Positions 38,101-47,230 of a DNA stretch of 64,000 nt are shown in pieces; positions within the stretch are counted from its first letter, which is position 1, and each line of letters begins with the position of its first letter. The notes below the pieces were generated by a model, which saw only the letters and a program-made list of their open reading frames with translations, did not search any database and was not told the DNA's origin. The translations under genes were made by a program, and so were the position numbers. Origin of the DNA: Macrostomum lignano (Eukaryota); the NCBI GenBank assembly GCA_002269645.1, contig NIVC01002605.1:93270-157269 (forward strand), written 5' to 3'.

Positions 38101-38930
38101 ATAGGGGTGGATAAATCAGGGTGGATAGATCAAGGTTATGAGGCGGATAGATCAAAGTAGGGGCCGATAGATCAAAGTAGGGGTGGATAGATCAAGGTTA
38201 TGTGGGGCGGATGGATCATTATAGGGATCGGATAGAGCAAGCAAGTTAGGGGCGGATATATAAATGTATTAGATATAGATCGGAGAACCAGAATTACTGA
38301 GAATTTTTCAATTAATAAACTACATAACAAAAGCCACGCATAGTAACCTGAGCCAAGTCCTCGGCATCGATACGATCCAGACGCAGCATCAGCCAGTGTC
38401 CGGCAGACAGGAAGCTGTTATGGGCGCACGAGTAGCCGTCCAGACTCTGGTAGAGTCGCCTAGTAACCACTAGACGGAACCCGTCGGCAGGTGTGACGCT
38501 TTCTCCATAGTGCGACACGTACACAGATTTGTGCTCAATCAACGGTTGCAGGGTGCTCAATAGATCAGGTGGCGCGCTGTCAATGTCTTCTAGAAGAAGC
38601 CAACTGCCAGACTGCACAGCTGACAATAGCGGTCCGGGTTTCCATACGAACTGGCCAGGCACAGGTGTGCAACAATAGCAGCCAATGAGAGTTTTGCTGT
38701 CTGTCTGATCGCCGAGCTGCAGCTTTGCTAAGCTGGCACCGGCCTCGTTGGCTAACAGTTCAACTAGGGACGTCTTGCCGCAGCCAACTGGGCCCTGGAC
38801 AAGAAGAGGCTGGCCTGGATCGCACAGGCTGACCAGGCTGGCGCATTTGCGAGCCGATTTGGTTGGATAAAATTGCGGCAGCGGCTGCGCCTGCGGCAAT
38901 TGTGCAACTGGATTTTGCTGTGATTGCTGA
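1..38930 (-). CDS. MDN1: Midasin (dynein-related AAA ATPase, 60S ribosome biogenesis). Multi-exon gene continuing past the left edge; first coding exon/ATG not located.
   Basis: Six ordered AAA modules with midasin-type motifs: GPVGCGKT, GETGCGKS, GETSVGKT, GPTGVGKT, GSPGVGKT, GPEAAGKT. Walker B-like LLEDID/LLDEIN/VLDELN/LVDEIS/VLDEMN/LLDSAN, plus GSPWEFNLRD and later linker motifs (QWPENATL, LQRWEAVASHEVSL). Exons join in frame through GT-AG introns. Confidence 0.96.
390..643 (-). CDS. MDN1: MDN1 linker exon
   Basis: ...LDVYRDPAP...RLGELLGQWPENATLVQ. Confidence 0.82.
686..2345. repeat. Intronic minisatellite, 21-bp unit CTCACCAGTGAGTCACACACC
   Basis: Directly visible tandem array. Confidence 0.97.
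2398..2726 (-). CDS. MDN1: MDN1 linker exon
   Basis: (K)EHSRLETRTTEEQFEADLRLAFPDF...; phase-2 acceptor matches the previous exon, donor gtaagt. Confidence 0.8.
2752..4350. repeat. Intronic minisatellite, 25-bp TGACCTGTATGTCTAACAGGTGACA with a 21-bp variant block
   Basis: Directly visible. Confidence 0.97.
4360..4652 (-). CDS. MDN1: MDN1 linker exon
   Basis: ...FTDWQRRRLEREAQEESLYTYK; donor aa|gtaagg (phase 2). Confidence 0.78.
4715..5310 (+). repeat. Intronic minisatellite, 21-bp TCTGAAATCCCAATCCCACAT
   Basis: Directly visible; reverse complement of the array at 6545-6960. Confidence 0.95.
5350..5643 (-). CDS. MDN1: MDN1 linker exon (absent from the ORF track because it has no start codon)
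   Basis: TEITQFATNYC...QLDNWAAVTDAFANRLLTAYPALVDLSYSFLLGL; ttttcag acceptor, cag|gttggc donor. Confidence 0.8.
5725..6012. repeat. Intronic minisatellite, 24-bp GAGGACTGAGGGGCGATTCTTGTG
   Basis: Directly visible. Confidence 0.96.
6051..6458 (-). CDS. MDN1: MDN1 linker exon (acceptor uncertain among tandem CAGs)
   Basis: ...TFDLASLLLGLARP...AEYERLQ; donor cag|gttggt. Confidence 0.65.
6545..6960 (-). repeat. Intronic minisatellite, 21-bp GGGATTTCAGAATGTGGGATT (same family as 4715-5310, inverted)
   Basis: Directly visible. Confidence 0.95.
7036..7503 (-). CDS. MDN1: MDN1 linker exon
   Basis: SCRDFIIDRLLLGQHINDWSWQ...PAELL; donor ctg|gtgaga. Confidence 0.7.
7675..8140. repeat. Intronic minisatellite, 18-bp ACAAGATCACACACAGGT
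   Basis: Directly visible. Confidence 0.96.
8176..8856 (-). CDS. MDN1: MDN1 linker exon
   Basis: LKRTLHLLYSQPVSG...; ccccgcag acceptor, gat|gtgaga donor. Confidence 0.7.
9099..9635 (-). CDS. MDN1: MDN1 linker exon
   Basis: GC-rich open frame bounded by ttgaag| and |gttcct, phase-consistent. Confidence 0.7.
9917..10975 (-). CDS. MDN1: MDN1 exon, AAA6 Walker B and linker start
   Basis: FRWRDSQLVRAVREGDWLLLDSANHCGVAVLDRLNSLLEPDG...ELSRAMRNRCAEI. Confidence 0.93.
11108..11252. repeat. (GACA)n microsatellite
   Basis: Directly visible. Confidence 0.95.
11274..11990 (-). CDS. MDN1: MDN1 exon, AAA5 lid and AAA6 Walker A
   Basis: FGLAGSPWEFNLRDVFRW...WPASLIGPEAAGKTRLV...MDTGDLVGGYEQ; acceptor gagcag at 11991-11996 chosen by phase. 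Confidence 0.88.
12076..12480. repeat. Left subterminal repeat region (TCCGG/CCGGA motifs in both orientations)
   Basis: Many TCCGGA/ACCGGA copies next to the TIR, mirrored at the right end. Confidence 0.85.
12645..14297. mobile_element. Nested non-autonomous element or internal module with imperfect inverted arms; boundaries uncertain
   Basis: GACCATTTTGTTCAG (~12783) is mirrored by CTGAACAAAATGGTC (~14060). GTCACATT.TTACCC and CGTACAGT/ACTGTACG are also mirrored. The right side ends in TTTTTTGCAGT, resembling a CACTG-type end. No clear TSD. Confidence 0.45.
12950..13950. repeat. Compound minisatellite: 7 copies of a ~123-bp unit, each with a variable number of 18-bp GGTGGCGGCTGCCGCACA subunits
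   Basis: Directly visible; unit lengths are multiples of 3, which produces the long repetitive ORFs. Confidence 0.93.
14669..17715 (+). CDS. EnSpm/CACTA-family DDE transposase. Predicted exons 14669-14903, 15124-15282, 15380-17715 (~909 aa).
   Basis: CxxC pair (CNVC, CSHC); SFDGF (D at 15961); MFDAPA (D at 16228); FGCDKC; YLHQLCSGLVK; TYNAHH...GPVH..S..IFES (E at 17077). This is the Transposase_21/DUF4218-type motif order. Both predicted introns are phase 1, GT-AG, and the spliced frame is stop-free. Confidence 0.88.
18447..19262 (+). CDS. Transposon-borne CtIP/Sae2 C-terminal-domain protein (~271 aa from ATG 18447) with an N-terminal acidic 22-aa tandem repeat
   Basis: SRKREDRLRLPAQTCTECEGWYNQLSPQSRAARLQANGRHRHRRIIQAPNFFAIAMP aligns by eye, motif for motif, with the human CtIP C-terminus as recalled ([22 protein letters not shown]...[27 protein letters not shown]). 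A possible acceptor (ttgcag, 18434) allows an upstream exon. Confidence 0.82.
   Translation: MDWSRLLDDELRKQRINWLGSDASHDSDDFATPDAEDLRDDGAPDSQDPDDYDTPDMEDLRDDGAPDSQDPDDYDTPDMEDLRDDGAPDSQDPDDYDTPDMEDLRDDGAPDSQDPDDYDTPDMEDLRDGAGAADSFPDEVATVPEQFSPQVASTAAAHRVPSKRAKYTLEDYNTLPDAAPAMYGSRKREDRLRLPAQTCTECEGWYNQLSPQSRAARLQANGRHRHRRIIQAPNFFAIAMPPSPPEAPIECMKVGKRRRRPLRDLRSNPSV
20103..22009 (+). CDS. Transposon accessory protein: 3x44-aa repeat, coiled coil and C-terminal BEN-like domain. Exons 20103-20877 and 21024-22009 (~586 aa).
   Basis: GTAAGT donor at 20878 and CAG acceptor at 21023 join the two ORFs in frame. LMRALFRSIFTDEELASSSLSGRR...NPGKLAAAKMWL follows the BEN-domain pattern. A heptad-like region ELRASQAKQQKFEDEIRELGL precedes it. 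Confidence 0.68.
22770..23116. repeat. Right subterminal repeat region (TCCGG/CCGGA motifs)
   Basis: e.g. tttatccggaaattcacccgg twice, and many ccgga copies up to the TIR. Confidence 0.85.
23165..23640. repeat. 29-bp minisatellite AGCTTGACCCACTCATCAAGGACCACTTT containing an inverted copy
   Basis: Directly visible. Confidence 0.9.
23711..24348 (-). CDS. MDN1: MDN1 exon, AAA5
   Basis: RPVLLEGSPGVGKTSLVAALA...RINLSEHTDVADLFGSDLP...VLDEMNLASQSVLEGLNSCLDHRGE...GRKCLPRSFVNRF. Confidence 0.95.
24375..27300. repeat. ~2.9-kb intronic satellite, 22-bp GATTCTGAGGTGATTTTGATGT with higher-order periodicity
   Basis: Directly visible; the variant block ttttatccgattttgggg recurs. Confidence 0.97.
27376..27588 (-). 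CDS. MDN1: MDN1 exon
   Basis: ...QFGIEPFFIDMG; donor gg|gtgaga gives phase 1, matching the next exon. Confidence 0.75.
27790..28790. repeat. Intronic minisatellite, ~21-bp GCCATTTTCAAAGCAGAAAGC
   Basis: Directly visible. Confidence 0.94.
28820..29410 (-). CDS. MDN1: MDN1 exon, AAA4 Walker B
   Basis: FEWVDGVLVQAM...LLVDEISLADDSVLERLNSVLEPER...ATMNPGGDFGKKELSPALRNRFTEIW. Confidence 0.94.
29707..30198 (-). CDS. MDN1: MDN1 exon, AAA4 Walker A
   Basis: EQGYLLLAGRAR...GEPALLIGPTGVGKTTVCQ...NCHMNTEAADFLGSLRP. Confidence 0.92.
30795..31257 (-). CDS. MDN1: MDN1 exon, AAA3 Walker B
   Basis: EGPLVQAMRRGSWIVLDELNLA...FATQNPPGLYGGRKRLSRALRNRF...TLRDLFRWAER. Confidence 0.94.
31340..32630. repeat. Intronic minisatellite, 41-bp GTAGTTTAGCAACAGCATCCTAATGGCCTAATTTGATAGGG
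   Basis: Directly visible. Confidence 0.96.
32734..33084 (-). CDS. MDN1: MDN1 exon, AAA3 Walker A
   Basis: YVLTASIKENL...PVLIQGETSVGKTSLIRYLA...RINNHEHTEIAEYVGNY. Confidence 0.93.
33575..34055. repeat. Intronic minisatellite, 36-bp unit (GTAGAGGCTCACTGATAAGCCTAGGCTAAGG...)
   Basis: Directly visible. Confidence 0.95.
34137..34519 (-). CDS. MDN1: MDN1 exon
   Basis: GVRNRFTELAF...RPHFSLRSLCRAL; in-frame junctions on both sides. Confidence 0.9.
34975..36082. repeat. Intronic minisatellite, 48/53-bp ATCAAAGTATCACATTATCAACCAGATCGCGATCAAACTATCAATCAG
   Basis: Directly visible. Confidence 0.96.
36137..36405 (-). CDS. MDN1: MDN1 exon, AAA2 Walker B
   Basis: FSFIEGALVEAIRSGHWVLLDEINLA...HPDFRLFACMNPATDAGK. 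Confidence 0.92.
36572..36976 (-). CDS. MDN1: MDN1 exon, AAA2 Walker A
   Basis: QGEPALLVGETGCGKSACVQYLA...INLSQQTDPADLIGGYKP; ctccag acceptor, gtgagt donor. Confidence 0.92.
37060..37400. repeat. Degenerate tandem repeat (TCTCTCCTTACTGCTCTCTCATTGGCTGA core), 4 copies
   Basis: Core visible four times. Confidence 0.85.
37449..37972 (-). CDS. MDN1: MDN1 exon, AAA1 lid to AAA2 start
   Basis: RLVTTRDLLKFCSRL...LLERLAVCAK; acceptor cccgccag, donor gtgagt. Confidence 0.88.
38348..38930 (-). CDS. MDN1: MDN1 exon, AAA1
   Basis: QPLLVQGPVGCGKTSLVELLA...GQFVWKPGPLLSAVQSGSWLLLEDID; donor cag|gttact at 38347; 5' boundary approximate. Confidence 0.9.
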
Positions 38931-40147
38931 GGGTTTATGTTAAAGGAGGAATCATTACATTATTATTCTTTTTTGTGGCTGTGCATCTAACATTACCTGT
39001 TTAGCATTCTAGCTAAAACCAAGATGGTTAATAGCCAGCAAAGACAATAGGAAGTAAGATTTTATTAATAGCAAATTCAATTGGTAAAAATCACTAACCT
39101 GGCCCTATTTGAGAAGGTCTAATTAATATTGAACACCTAAGAAGTAAACATTGATATAAGTGGCAACTAAAGCAACAGCCAAAATAGTAAGAAGATTTAT
39201 AGTATTGAGGCAATATGCCTTGAATTTTAATAGATGGAATGGCAGCAAGGCTTTTGTGCTGCTCTGTGCATCAATTTATATTTATACAAACAGTGCAAGA
39301 TTGTGGGGTTTAGGGAGGTACAAAAAGGGGCGTGATTGATAGGCCCTTTGCCAACCCCCTGGCTTAGCAAGCCAACTAGCTTGGCGCACCCATCCCACCT
39401 CAGCTAGACAGAGGTTGGTAGGTTTTAGATGTGGCTGCACTGGTGCTTGCCAGTTGCATATAGTCTGGCTGCCATAGTATGATAGACAAAGATACAAACA
39501 ACTCATTTTTTATATAGGATAAGCTACTTTTATTGCTATTATACTAAAGTGCTAACAGTGATTTAATATGCTTTATTTCAGTTTTCATCTCTTCATCTGC
39601 TAATATTTGTGATAAATCATTTTATATCTACTAATTTGGTCTAATGGTCAGGCCAAAAAGCTATATATTAAGTTGTAGCACTCAACTTCAAAAGCTTAGG
39701 TCCTAGTATGACCTTTTCCAGTGATTTTTAGGCTTATTCATATTTAATTTTATATAGTAAACCAAAATATTGGTAATAATTATGAAATATTGGTAAAAGA
39801 AACTACATATTCACTAATATGTGCAAGGATACAAAGCTATAGCCCTAATAGGATATTTTTGCTTTGCTAGAATATTAATTAGTCGGAAATATTTATTTCC
39901 CCTTGTAATATGTATTTATAGTCCTAGATGCCAATTTTCAGTAGTATTTTTATCTTATTAGCATAGATCATAGATAATATTACATACTTTAGTTTTACTT
40001 TTTGTAAAAAGCAATAATTAAACCTAACTTACTACATGGCAATACAAAGATTATATAATAAAACCAATAGGGCTAGAGCTAACAAACATAGTAAAATAGA
40101 CCTAGAAATGGAAAATTTCTACCATGTTTAGGTGCAACCTAGCAATT

Positions 40148-40313
40148 CACCTGGCCATCTCTATTGGCAACACTGTCATTGTCAACAAATATTTGTTAAA
40201 TTGATATAAGTTGCTATTGGACAAAATTGGACAAAATTGCAGTCATGTGACTGCCCTTAACCAATAGCAACTTTTTGATAAACATGTGTATTGCTAATAG
40301 AAATGGCTAGGTG
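40148..40313. mobile_element. Foldback/MITE-like imperfect palindrome
   Basis: CACCTGGCCATCTCTATTGGCAA mirrored by TTGCTAATAGAAATGGCTAGGTG; inner AAGTTGCTATTGG/CCAATAGCAACTT; central GCAGTCA-TG-TGACTGC. Confidence 0.55.
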
Positions 40314-41599
40314 ATTCCCAAAGTTGTGCATGTATAATTTCTACATTGGTGGATAATTGGCTCAATGGATAAAAGTATAAGTGAATAACTAATTAATTTA
40401 GTGAATGAGCTATGATTCAAATAAAGAAAAAATCTACTAAATTAATAAATTAGGAGTAGAAGATATACTTTGTTGTCTTTTATTATAAACCTTAGGTTAG
40501 GCCCTATCTAAATTATTTTAAATAAATAAAGAATATAAATTTATATATCAGTATAACTACTATAAGGACTAGCAAAAAATCAAAGACTGAAAAGAAATAG
40601 GCCTAAACAAAAATATTCTTATCATATTATAAATCTTATTTTATTTGCCTAAATAAACATAGGCCTATATGAGCCAAATTGTTAACTTTTGAAAATCAGT
40701 CTAGCAATAAAAAAAGTTAGGCCTACAAACTTTTTGTAGCTTAATTTTTTTTTATACTGCCAAATGCATTTTGCCTATTAGGCACTATGGTCATTTTTGC
40801 TTTAAAACTTGTTTTAAAGTTTTTTATAGCTATAGGCATAGCATAACTTTGACTTGAAGTTTCTTAACTAATTTCTATGTTTAATATACAAATTTCAGCT
40901 TTAGGATAGCTATGATTAAGACTAAATTTAACAAAACAAAAAATAGCCAAAACTGGCATTCTTTTATTTGATAATACACAAATTTAAAAGCAAAAATGAG
41001 GGAGAATAGTATATTAAATTTTGGATATACTCACACAAGAATCCTATAATTGTAGCTTATTAGAGAATGATCTTTATATTTACTTTTAATGCAATTACAA
41101 TGCCCTCAATAGAGAATTTGTTAAGAATGCATCTTAAAATGAAAGTGAGGGGGTAGAAATGAAAATAAAAGACAATTTATTTTTATTAATATTGTTATAG
41201 GCCCTACGCATTTCTTTTTAGCTTTTGTTTCTTTGTTATCCCCTTTCACTTTTGTTTTACAATGCATTCTTAAAAATTCTCCATTAATTTGCTTTTTATG
41301 AATTCAGTTTTTCTTTTCTCTGAAATCTGAAATTGCACAAAGCAACTGCAGATTGTTAAGAATAATAATTCTAATTGTATTTAGACTTATGAAGTAGAAG
41401 TAAAGGTACTAATATTATAAGACAGATATAAATATATTAAAAATAAATTTGTTCTCATTTGAAATTGCATTTGATTGAATCTAGAATAGCATCACTGATT
41501 GACTTTTAGCATTTATGACTGAATTGCACTGAAAAGCAAAATGAGGCACTGAGAAGCAAACTAGGCCCTAGGGTTACCAAAATTCCAGGCACTAAAAAG

Positions 41600-41990
41600 C
41601 ATAAGCACCAAAAGGTGTGAATACCCCTTGACATCTTAGCAATACCTTGCAAGCCTTGACGTCTCAGCAATTTCCCCATAACGGCCATAAGCCTTGACAT
41701 ATTGATATTAGCGATTCCCCAAGCTTTGAGATCTCAGCAATTCCCCCAAGCCTTGCCATCTCAGCAATTTCCCCCTAGCCTTGGCCTCTTATAAACGCCC
41801 CCCTGTAACACTTGATATCTCAGCAATTTCCCCCATGCCTGACATCGAAGCAATTTCCTCCAAGACCAAGCCTTGATGATGATAACCCATCTTGATCTTA
41901 GCAATTTTCCCCAAGACCCCAAGGCTTGACATCTCAGCAATTCCACCCAACCAAGCATTGACATCTTAGCAATTCCCGCCTAAGCTTGAA
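41600..41990. repeat. Degenerate tandem repeat (CCTTGACATCTCAGCAATTTCCCC core)
   Basis: Core recurs throughout the interval. Confidence 0.8.
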
Positions 41991-42059
41991 ATCATAGAAA
42001 AGATAGAATTTATATTATAATTTATCACAGCATTATTAACTTCAAAAGAAAAAATTAGA

Positions 42060-42330
42060 CAAGGATAGAGTGACGCGTAATGCTAAGCAGACCGAGCCGC
42101 GACGCGCGTGCAATGCTCAGAGTTCTTGGAAAATGGTCAATTTATCTGTACTGAATTGTTTAACAATTCTGTAGCGTTTTGCTGGAGCATATGTTATTAA
42201 AAATGCAGTTAACTGTATTTTGTCTACTGTTTAATATTACAGTTCAATTTTTTCAATATCATGACCCTCTGTTTGCTCAATAAGGAAAAAAGTTATCGGC
42301 CAAAAAAAAGGTTCCGCTGGTCTTTTTCTC
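42060..42330. promoter_or_regulatory. Candidate promoter between divergently oriented MDN1 and YTHDC1
   Basis: Small CpG-retaining patch (GACGCGTAA...CGAGCCGCGACGCGCGTG) inside an otherwise CpG-depleted 10-kb block; inference only. Confidence 0.3.
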
Positions 42331-43084
42331 TTTCCCACAATCACAACGACACAACACAATGACATTGACATTGGGCACAAAATCCGCTTGAAAGTCTCAT
42401 GAGTTAGTTTTTATATCTATAGCTAAACTTCTAGTTACAGATTTCAGTGTAGTCTTAGTCTAAAGTATGACCACTCTGTCGGCAAATCAAGACAAGAAAT
42501 CTGTCTTAGGCCTATGAAAAAATATATAGACCTAGCTTAGGTAGGCCTGCTATGTCTATTCCGCAGTAGCCATTCTGTAACAAAACAAAAAAGTATTGTT
42601 TTCGTTTAATTTTAAGCACCATTTAGATACCAAACTCTTTAATCAGGGTGATAATGTTAACTTTTTATACTTTTGTCAAAAACTTGTTTTGCCACCAAAA
42701 TTTTGTACCACATTCATAGAGAATAGGCCTAGGCCTACTTATGATGCCAGATTCAGGAATGCCTTACTCCCTTAGTTATCGGCTAGCCTTAGGATCGGCC
42801 CACTTATTTCAACTCGCTAATAGGGCCTAGGATTATAAATAGTATTATTAAGTTATTATGTTTATTATGCTTAATAGGCCCTGCCCTACTGGCCTACTAT
42901 AGACCTTCTACTATTCCTATTGTTCTTAGGCCTAGTCTTGGTTTACTTGATAGACCTAGGCCTATTGTTTTAAAATTCTAAGATTAAATTAAATCCTAGG
43001 ATTAATTTTGCAATTGATAGTCATTTTATCTATTGCTAGTTCATCTGTATATGACATTGACATGTATGTGACCAAACAGGAATT

Positions 43085-45270
43085 TTAATGTGTTAAACAT
43101 AGCTATATAATCCAGTTTTGCACAACCAGACAATTATGTAGGCTAGTGGACTGATGTGCTGCATACCAATAGCTTGAATAGCACCATGGGTAACTGGTCA
43201 TTTTGCCCATAAACTGTTTCAGCCATGGACATTTCGCCCCTACCTAGACCATTTTGCCCACAGACCATTTTGCCAACAGACCATTTTGCCTACAGACCAT
43301 TTTGGCCATGGACCATTTTGCCTCCAATTTGGACCATGCAGGGTTGAAATGAACAAAGTCATAAGCTGAGAGTATGCAAGATAAGACGAAAGTGCCAAAG
43401 AGCACTGACAACCAACAATACAATTTATTATAAGCGAGGTTCAATAATAGCCACCCCTACTTCCAGGGCTAAAACACCAACAATCTGACCTATACTAAAT
43501 GTATATTAAAATCATGATAGAGTAGAGATCTGCAAAGAGCGTGAGCCGCGGACCATGAGCACACCCACTCCACTGGTATCACAAGTTCCTCGGTCTTGAC
43601 ATTTCTGTCTAGCACTTCTACCATTACTTTTGCTAAGTAACCGGTTCGTTTTTGCATTAACATCTGCTCCGACATGGACTCAACTTGCCCAAGGTTTCTC
43701 CATGCTTTTGTACAACATTTTTTATAGTTTTAATTTATCCTTTTATTATTTCTAGTAATTTACCTTGCATCTCTTGCATAAACAAAGCCAAAGATTGAAA
43801 TGACTTACATGTACAACAGTTTTTTACTTTACTTAATCACGGTTTTACACTTTGTGCTTTGATTCTCAGTTTTGGTGACAAATCTTAATTATTCTTTTAG
43901 TATTTCTGGCCTTACCTTGCCTTGTAACCGAAACCCTTTCAGCTTTTCCTTGATTGAAATGACTTTTATACAATCCTAGTTTTATACTTTGTGCTTTAAT
44001 TGTCACACATTTGAAAGGGATGACTTTAAAAAAGCTTATAATAATTCACAATTGTAATAAACAAAATCACAATAATGCAATAACACAATTGTTGTGGCAA
44101 CAATTCAGATCATATTTTATTACAAATTAGAACTAAAAATTAGCATTGAAAAAAAAATAAAGATACATGTATTTCTATATCTCTAAAATACATGACCATT
44201 TTGGCTGAAACTCCCATTGCTAAATTGGTTAATGGGTAAAATGGATTATGAGTGAAATGGTCTGGGGGCAAAATGTCCATGGCTAAAACAGTTTGGGGAT
44301 GAAACAACCAGAATTTGCATCATGGATACTATAGAGTTGCATGAATGGCTCCTTGACAACATTAAATATACCCAATAGTCCAGAAAGTGGCCTTTATGCT
44401 ATATACCATCAAGGAACTATTGGGTGCAGTGGCTGAGTGCTGTTAGCTGCTCTTAACTTGTAACAACAATGTGCCTCTTGCCTATGTGTGCAACAGGCAA
44501 ATAAGCATGCACATTCATGCGCAACTGTTGGCCGACTTGGCCGATCTGGCCACTGTAAATTGTGGTGGACCAGGGGTAAGTCACAAAAATGCCATCCCAA
44601 AGAATATGGACATTGAGGCATTTAGGCCTGAAAAAAAGACTTATTCCTGCCTTTTACCCAAAACTGCATTAATTTTGCTTTAATCTTTCACAGGTAAGTC
44701 ACATTTTTGGTCAAAAAGTAAGTTGCATAGCCAGTGTAAATCAGGGGGGTTGCGCATGTATAAGCATGCAAAAATGGTTGTGGTATATGTGGTATATCTC
44801 TAATAAGCTCAAATACCAATATTAGTAGATGTTGATGTTGATCTTTCTATTGAAGTTGGTTAGCTTGGACTGCTTGGTGTGCTAAGTCTAAGTGCTCTAT
44901 ATATCTAAGTGATAGTGATAGTGATAGTGAGAGATAAATCTAAGTGCTTGAACATGGAATTCATCAGCATGGCTACTGACAGCTGCCTCTGCAATTGCTT
45001 TTGCCAATGTATATTTGGCTCTTACTTTACTTCTTAAGCAATGTTTGCTTAGACTAGTATCTGCATTTGCCTTGGAGTTATGTCTCTTTTGTGGATGATA
45101 CATTCCATACTACCCAAAGATTCTATGAAAATGCCATTGCACTTGATAGTACTTTTGCAAACCACATACTTCTAGTATTTCAAACCTCCCTTTTCTTCAT
45201 TGCATCCTAGTATATATCCATTTCCTTTAAAATGGAACCTTTTTGCATTTGCAGTTGGCCATTGTACATA
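43085..45270 (-). pseudogene. Decayed Mutator-like (MULE) transposase with a FLYWCH-like N-terminus, interrupted by a nested insertion
   Basis: Y*KYVVCKSTIKC (45130-45190, FLYWCH-like) and GIFNVVKEPFMQLYSIH (44322-44372). After removing 43190-44320 plus one CATGG copy, the frame continues GA...SPLAYIIVWLCKT...Y (MULE DGTF..P.F.QLY.IH...PL.Y.L...KT..Y pattern). Multiple stops. Confidence 0.6.
43190..44320. mobile_element. 1.13-kb non-autonomous TIR element inserted in the MULE fossil
   Basis: CATGG duplicated at 43185-89 and 44321-25. Inverted arms: AAACTGTTTCAGCCATGGACATTTCGCCC (left) versus GGGCAAAATGTCCATGGCTAAAACAGTTT (right). GACCATTTTGCC tandem subrepeats. Confidence 0.7.
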
Positions 45271-46900
45271 GATCATAGATCTAGAATATTATCAATAAAC
45301 TTTTCTTTGCAAGCATTATAGCTTCATAGGCCTTTATTGCCTATCAGCTTGTCTATAACATTGGCAACTATTTTAGTATTTATAGTCAAGTGGTACTTAG
45401 CAAGAAAATATATGATGGCCATTGCATCCTTATTGCTAGCCTTAATGACAATATACATAGATTGTAGATCATGTAACATAAGAAATAGTCTAATATTTTA
45501 GGTTTTCAACTTTATTGCTAAGAATAATTATATTATACTAAATGTGCTAAAAGGTGTTTACTAACCATGTCAATAAAAAATAGCCTAATATAAACTATTT
45601 AGCAAAATTATATTAGTGTCTATCTTTAATGTTAAAATTATATTCCTCAATAGGCATAGGCCTAAAGCAACTAGGCCCTTACTATGCCAGCCATTTTCTT
45701 AGGCTTAGGCCTAGGCCTATTTTTATTATATACTATAGACATTGATATACACTTTACTTTACTTACTTTACTTATCTAGTTTCATTTTACTTTCAATAAA
45801 TAGCATACTTAATTTTTGCAGTCATGTTTTCTATTTTTTGGCATAAATTCAAATTTAATAATTAGAACCACCATGCTTATGCCAAAAATATACCTATTCA
45901 AAGTTTTAAACCAAAAGAAAGCTGCAAATATAACATAGCTATTTGATTGTATATATTCTTTGGATTATATCTTTATATAATTGTAATAGTATTATATACA
46001 TTTTCAGTATAAAACTCACTGGCAGAAAAAAATATGCAAAGAGCTCATTCTATATAAGATGGACATATTTGGAAAATAGAAAAAAAGTCAATATTTTTGC
46101 TTGCCATTGCCTTATTAGCCATTTTTAGCCAAATGTTTTATGTGTAATATATACAATCTAAGAATAAATGAATGGTAAAATGTTGGATTAGTATGTTATC
46201 AATTGGCAAAAAGCCATATTTGAAAAAAAAATTGGACATTTTTCTAAGCAAAAGACATCATTAAATTTGTGTACCTCTTGAAAACAAATGAAAAGCTTTG
46301 GAAGGTTAAAACAAAATATAGATAAAATTATAGAACTTGCATAATCAGATAAAAACATTAGCGACTATATAATCCTATTACATTTTTAATATATTGGGAA
46401 GTCAAAGTTACTAAATTGACAGAAAAAAATATGTTATGACTATAATGTTACAACCATAAGGCTGCCTTTTCTTTTGTATCTTTGTTGCCTTTATGAGTTT
46501 ACATATTCTAATAAAAGAGTATGATTTCTTAAGATGTTCTTAGTCAAATTTAAAAAATGTATTGCAAAATATCAAAAATGAAAAATGTTATAAGACTTTT
46601 ATCTTTTTAGTTTCTATATGTCAAAAATCCTGTTGTTACAACCATAAGTGCTATTCAAGGTTTAATAGCATCTATACTATTGATGATATCTATATGAAAC
46701 TATATAAACATATTCTTGACAAAATAATCTTTCATTGAAAAATTGGTTTAGTATATTCTATGATTAGATTTTATTTTATAAGTAAAAATAGCCTGTCATG
46801 TTACAACCATAATTATATGGAATGGCCCAAAGTAAAAATGTTATTAAATGCCACTGAAAAATTGTGATATTATAGATTGCTTATTTGCCATCCTGTCTAC

Positions 46901-47230
46901 CTAGGTGTTTTATGTCAAAATCATTATGCCATTTGTTATAATGGCATCAAAATCATTATGTCATTTTCAATTATGATATACCATTGGCATAAAATAAAAA
47001 AAACACTTTGTGAGCCCATATTAGTGTTTCCCTTCAGATTTAGGTGGGATAAAGTAATAATAGCTTGCCAGTTTGGTAAATTTAAAAGCAATTTAGAATT
47101 GGAAATTCAGCATTGGCAATTTAGCAATGGCATAATGGCAAAAAATTGTTATGCCATTTTGGCATAACAGCATCAAAATAATTATGCCATTTTTAATTTT
47201 GACATGGCATGCCTATGACAAAAAACCTAG
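46901..47230. mobile_element. 330-bp MITE, hAT-like (8-bp TSD)
   Basis: CTGTCTAC at 46893-46900 and 47231-47238; imperfect TIR CTAGGT.TTTT.TGTCA / TGACAAAAAACCTAG. Confidence 0.6.
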
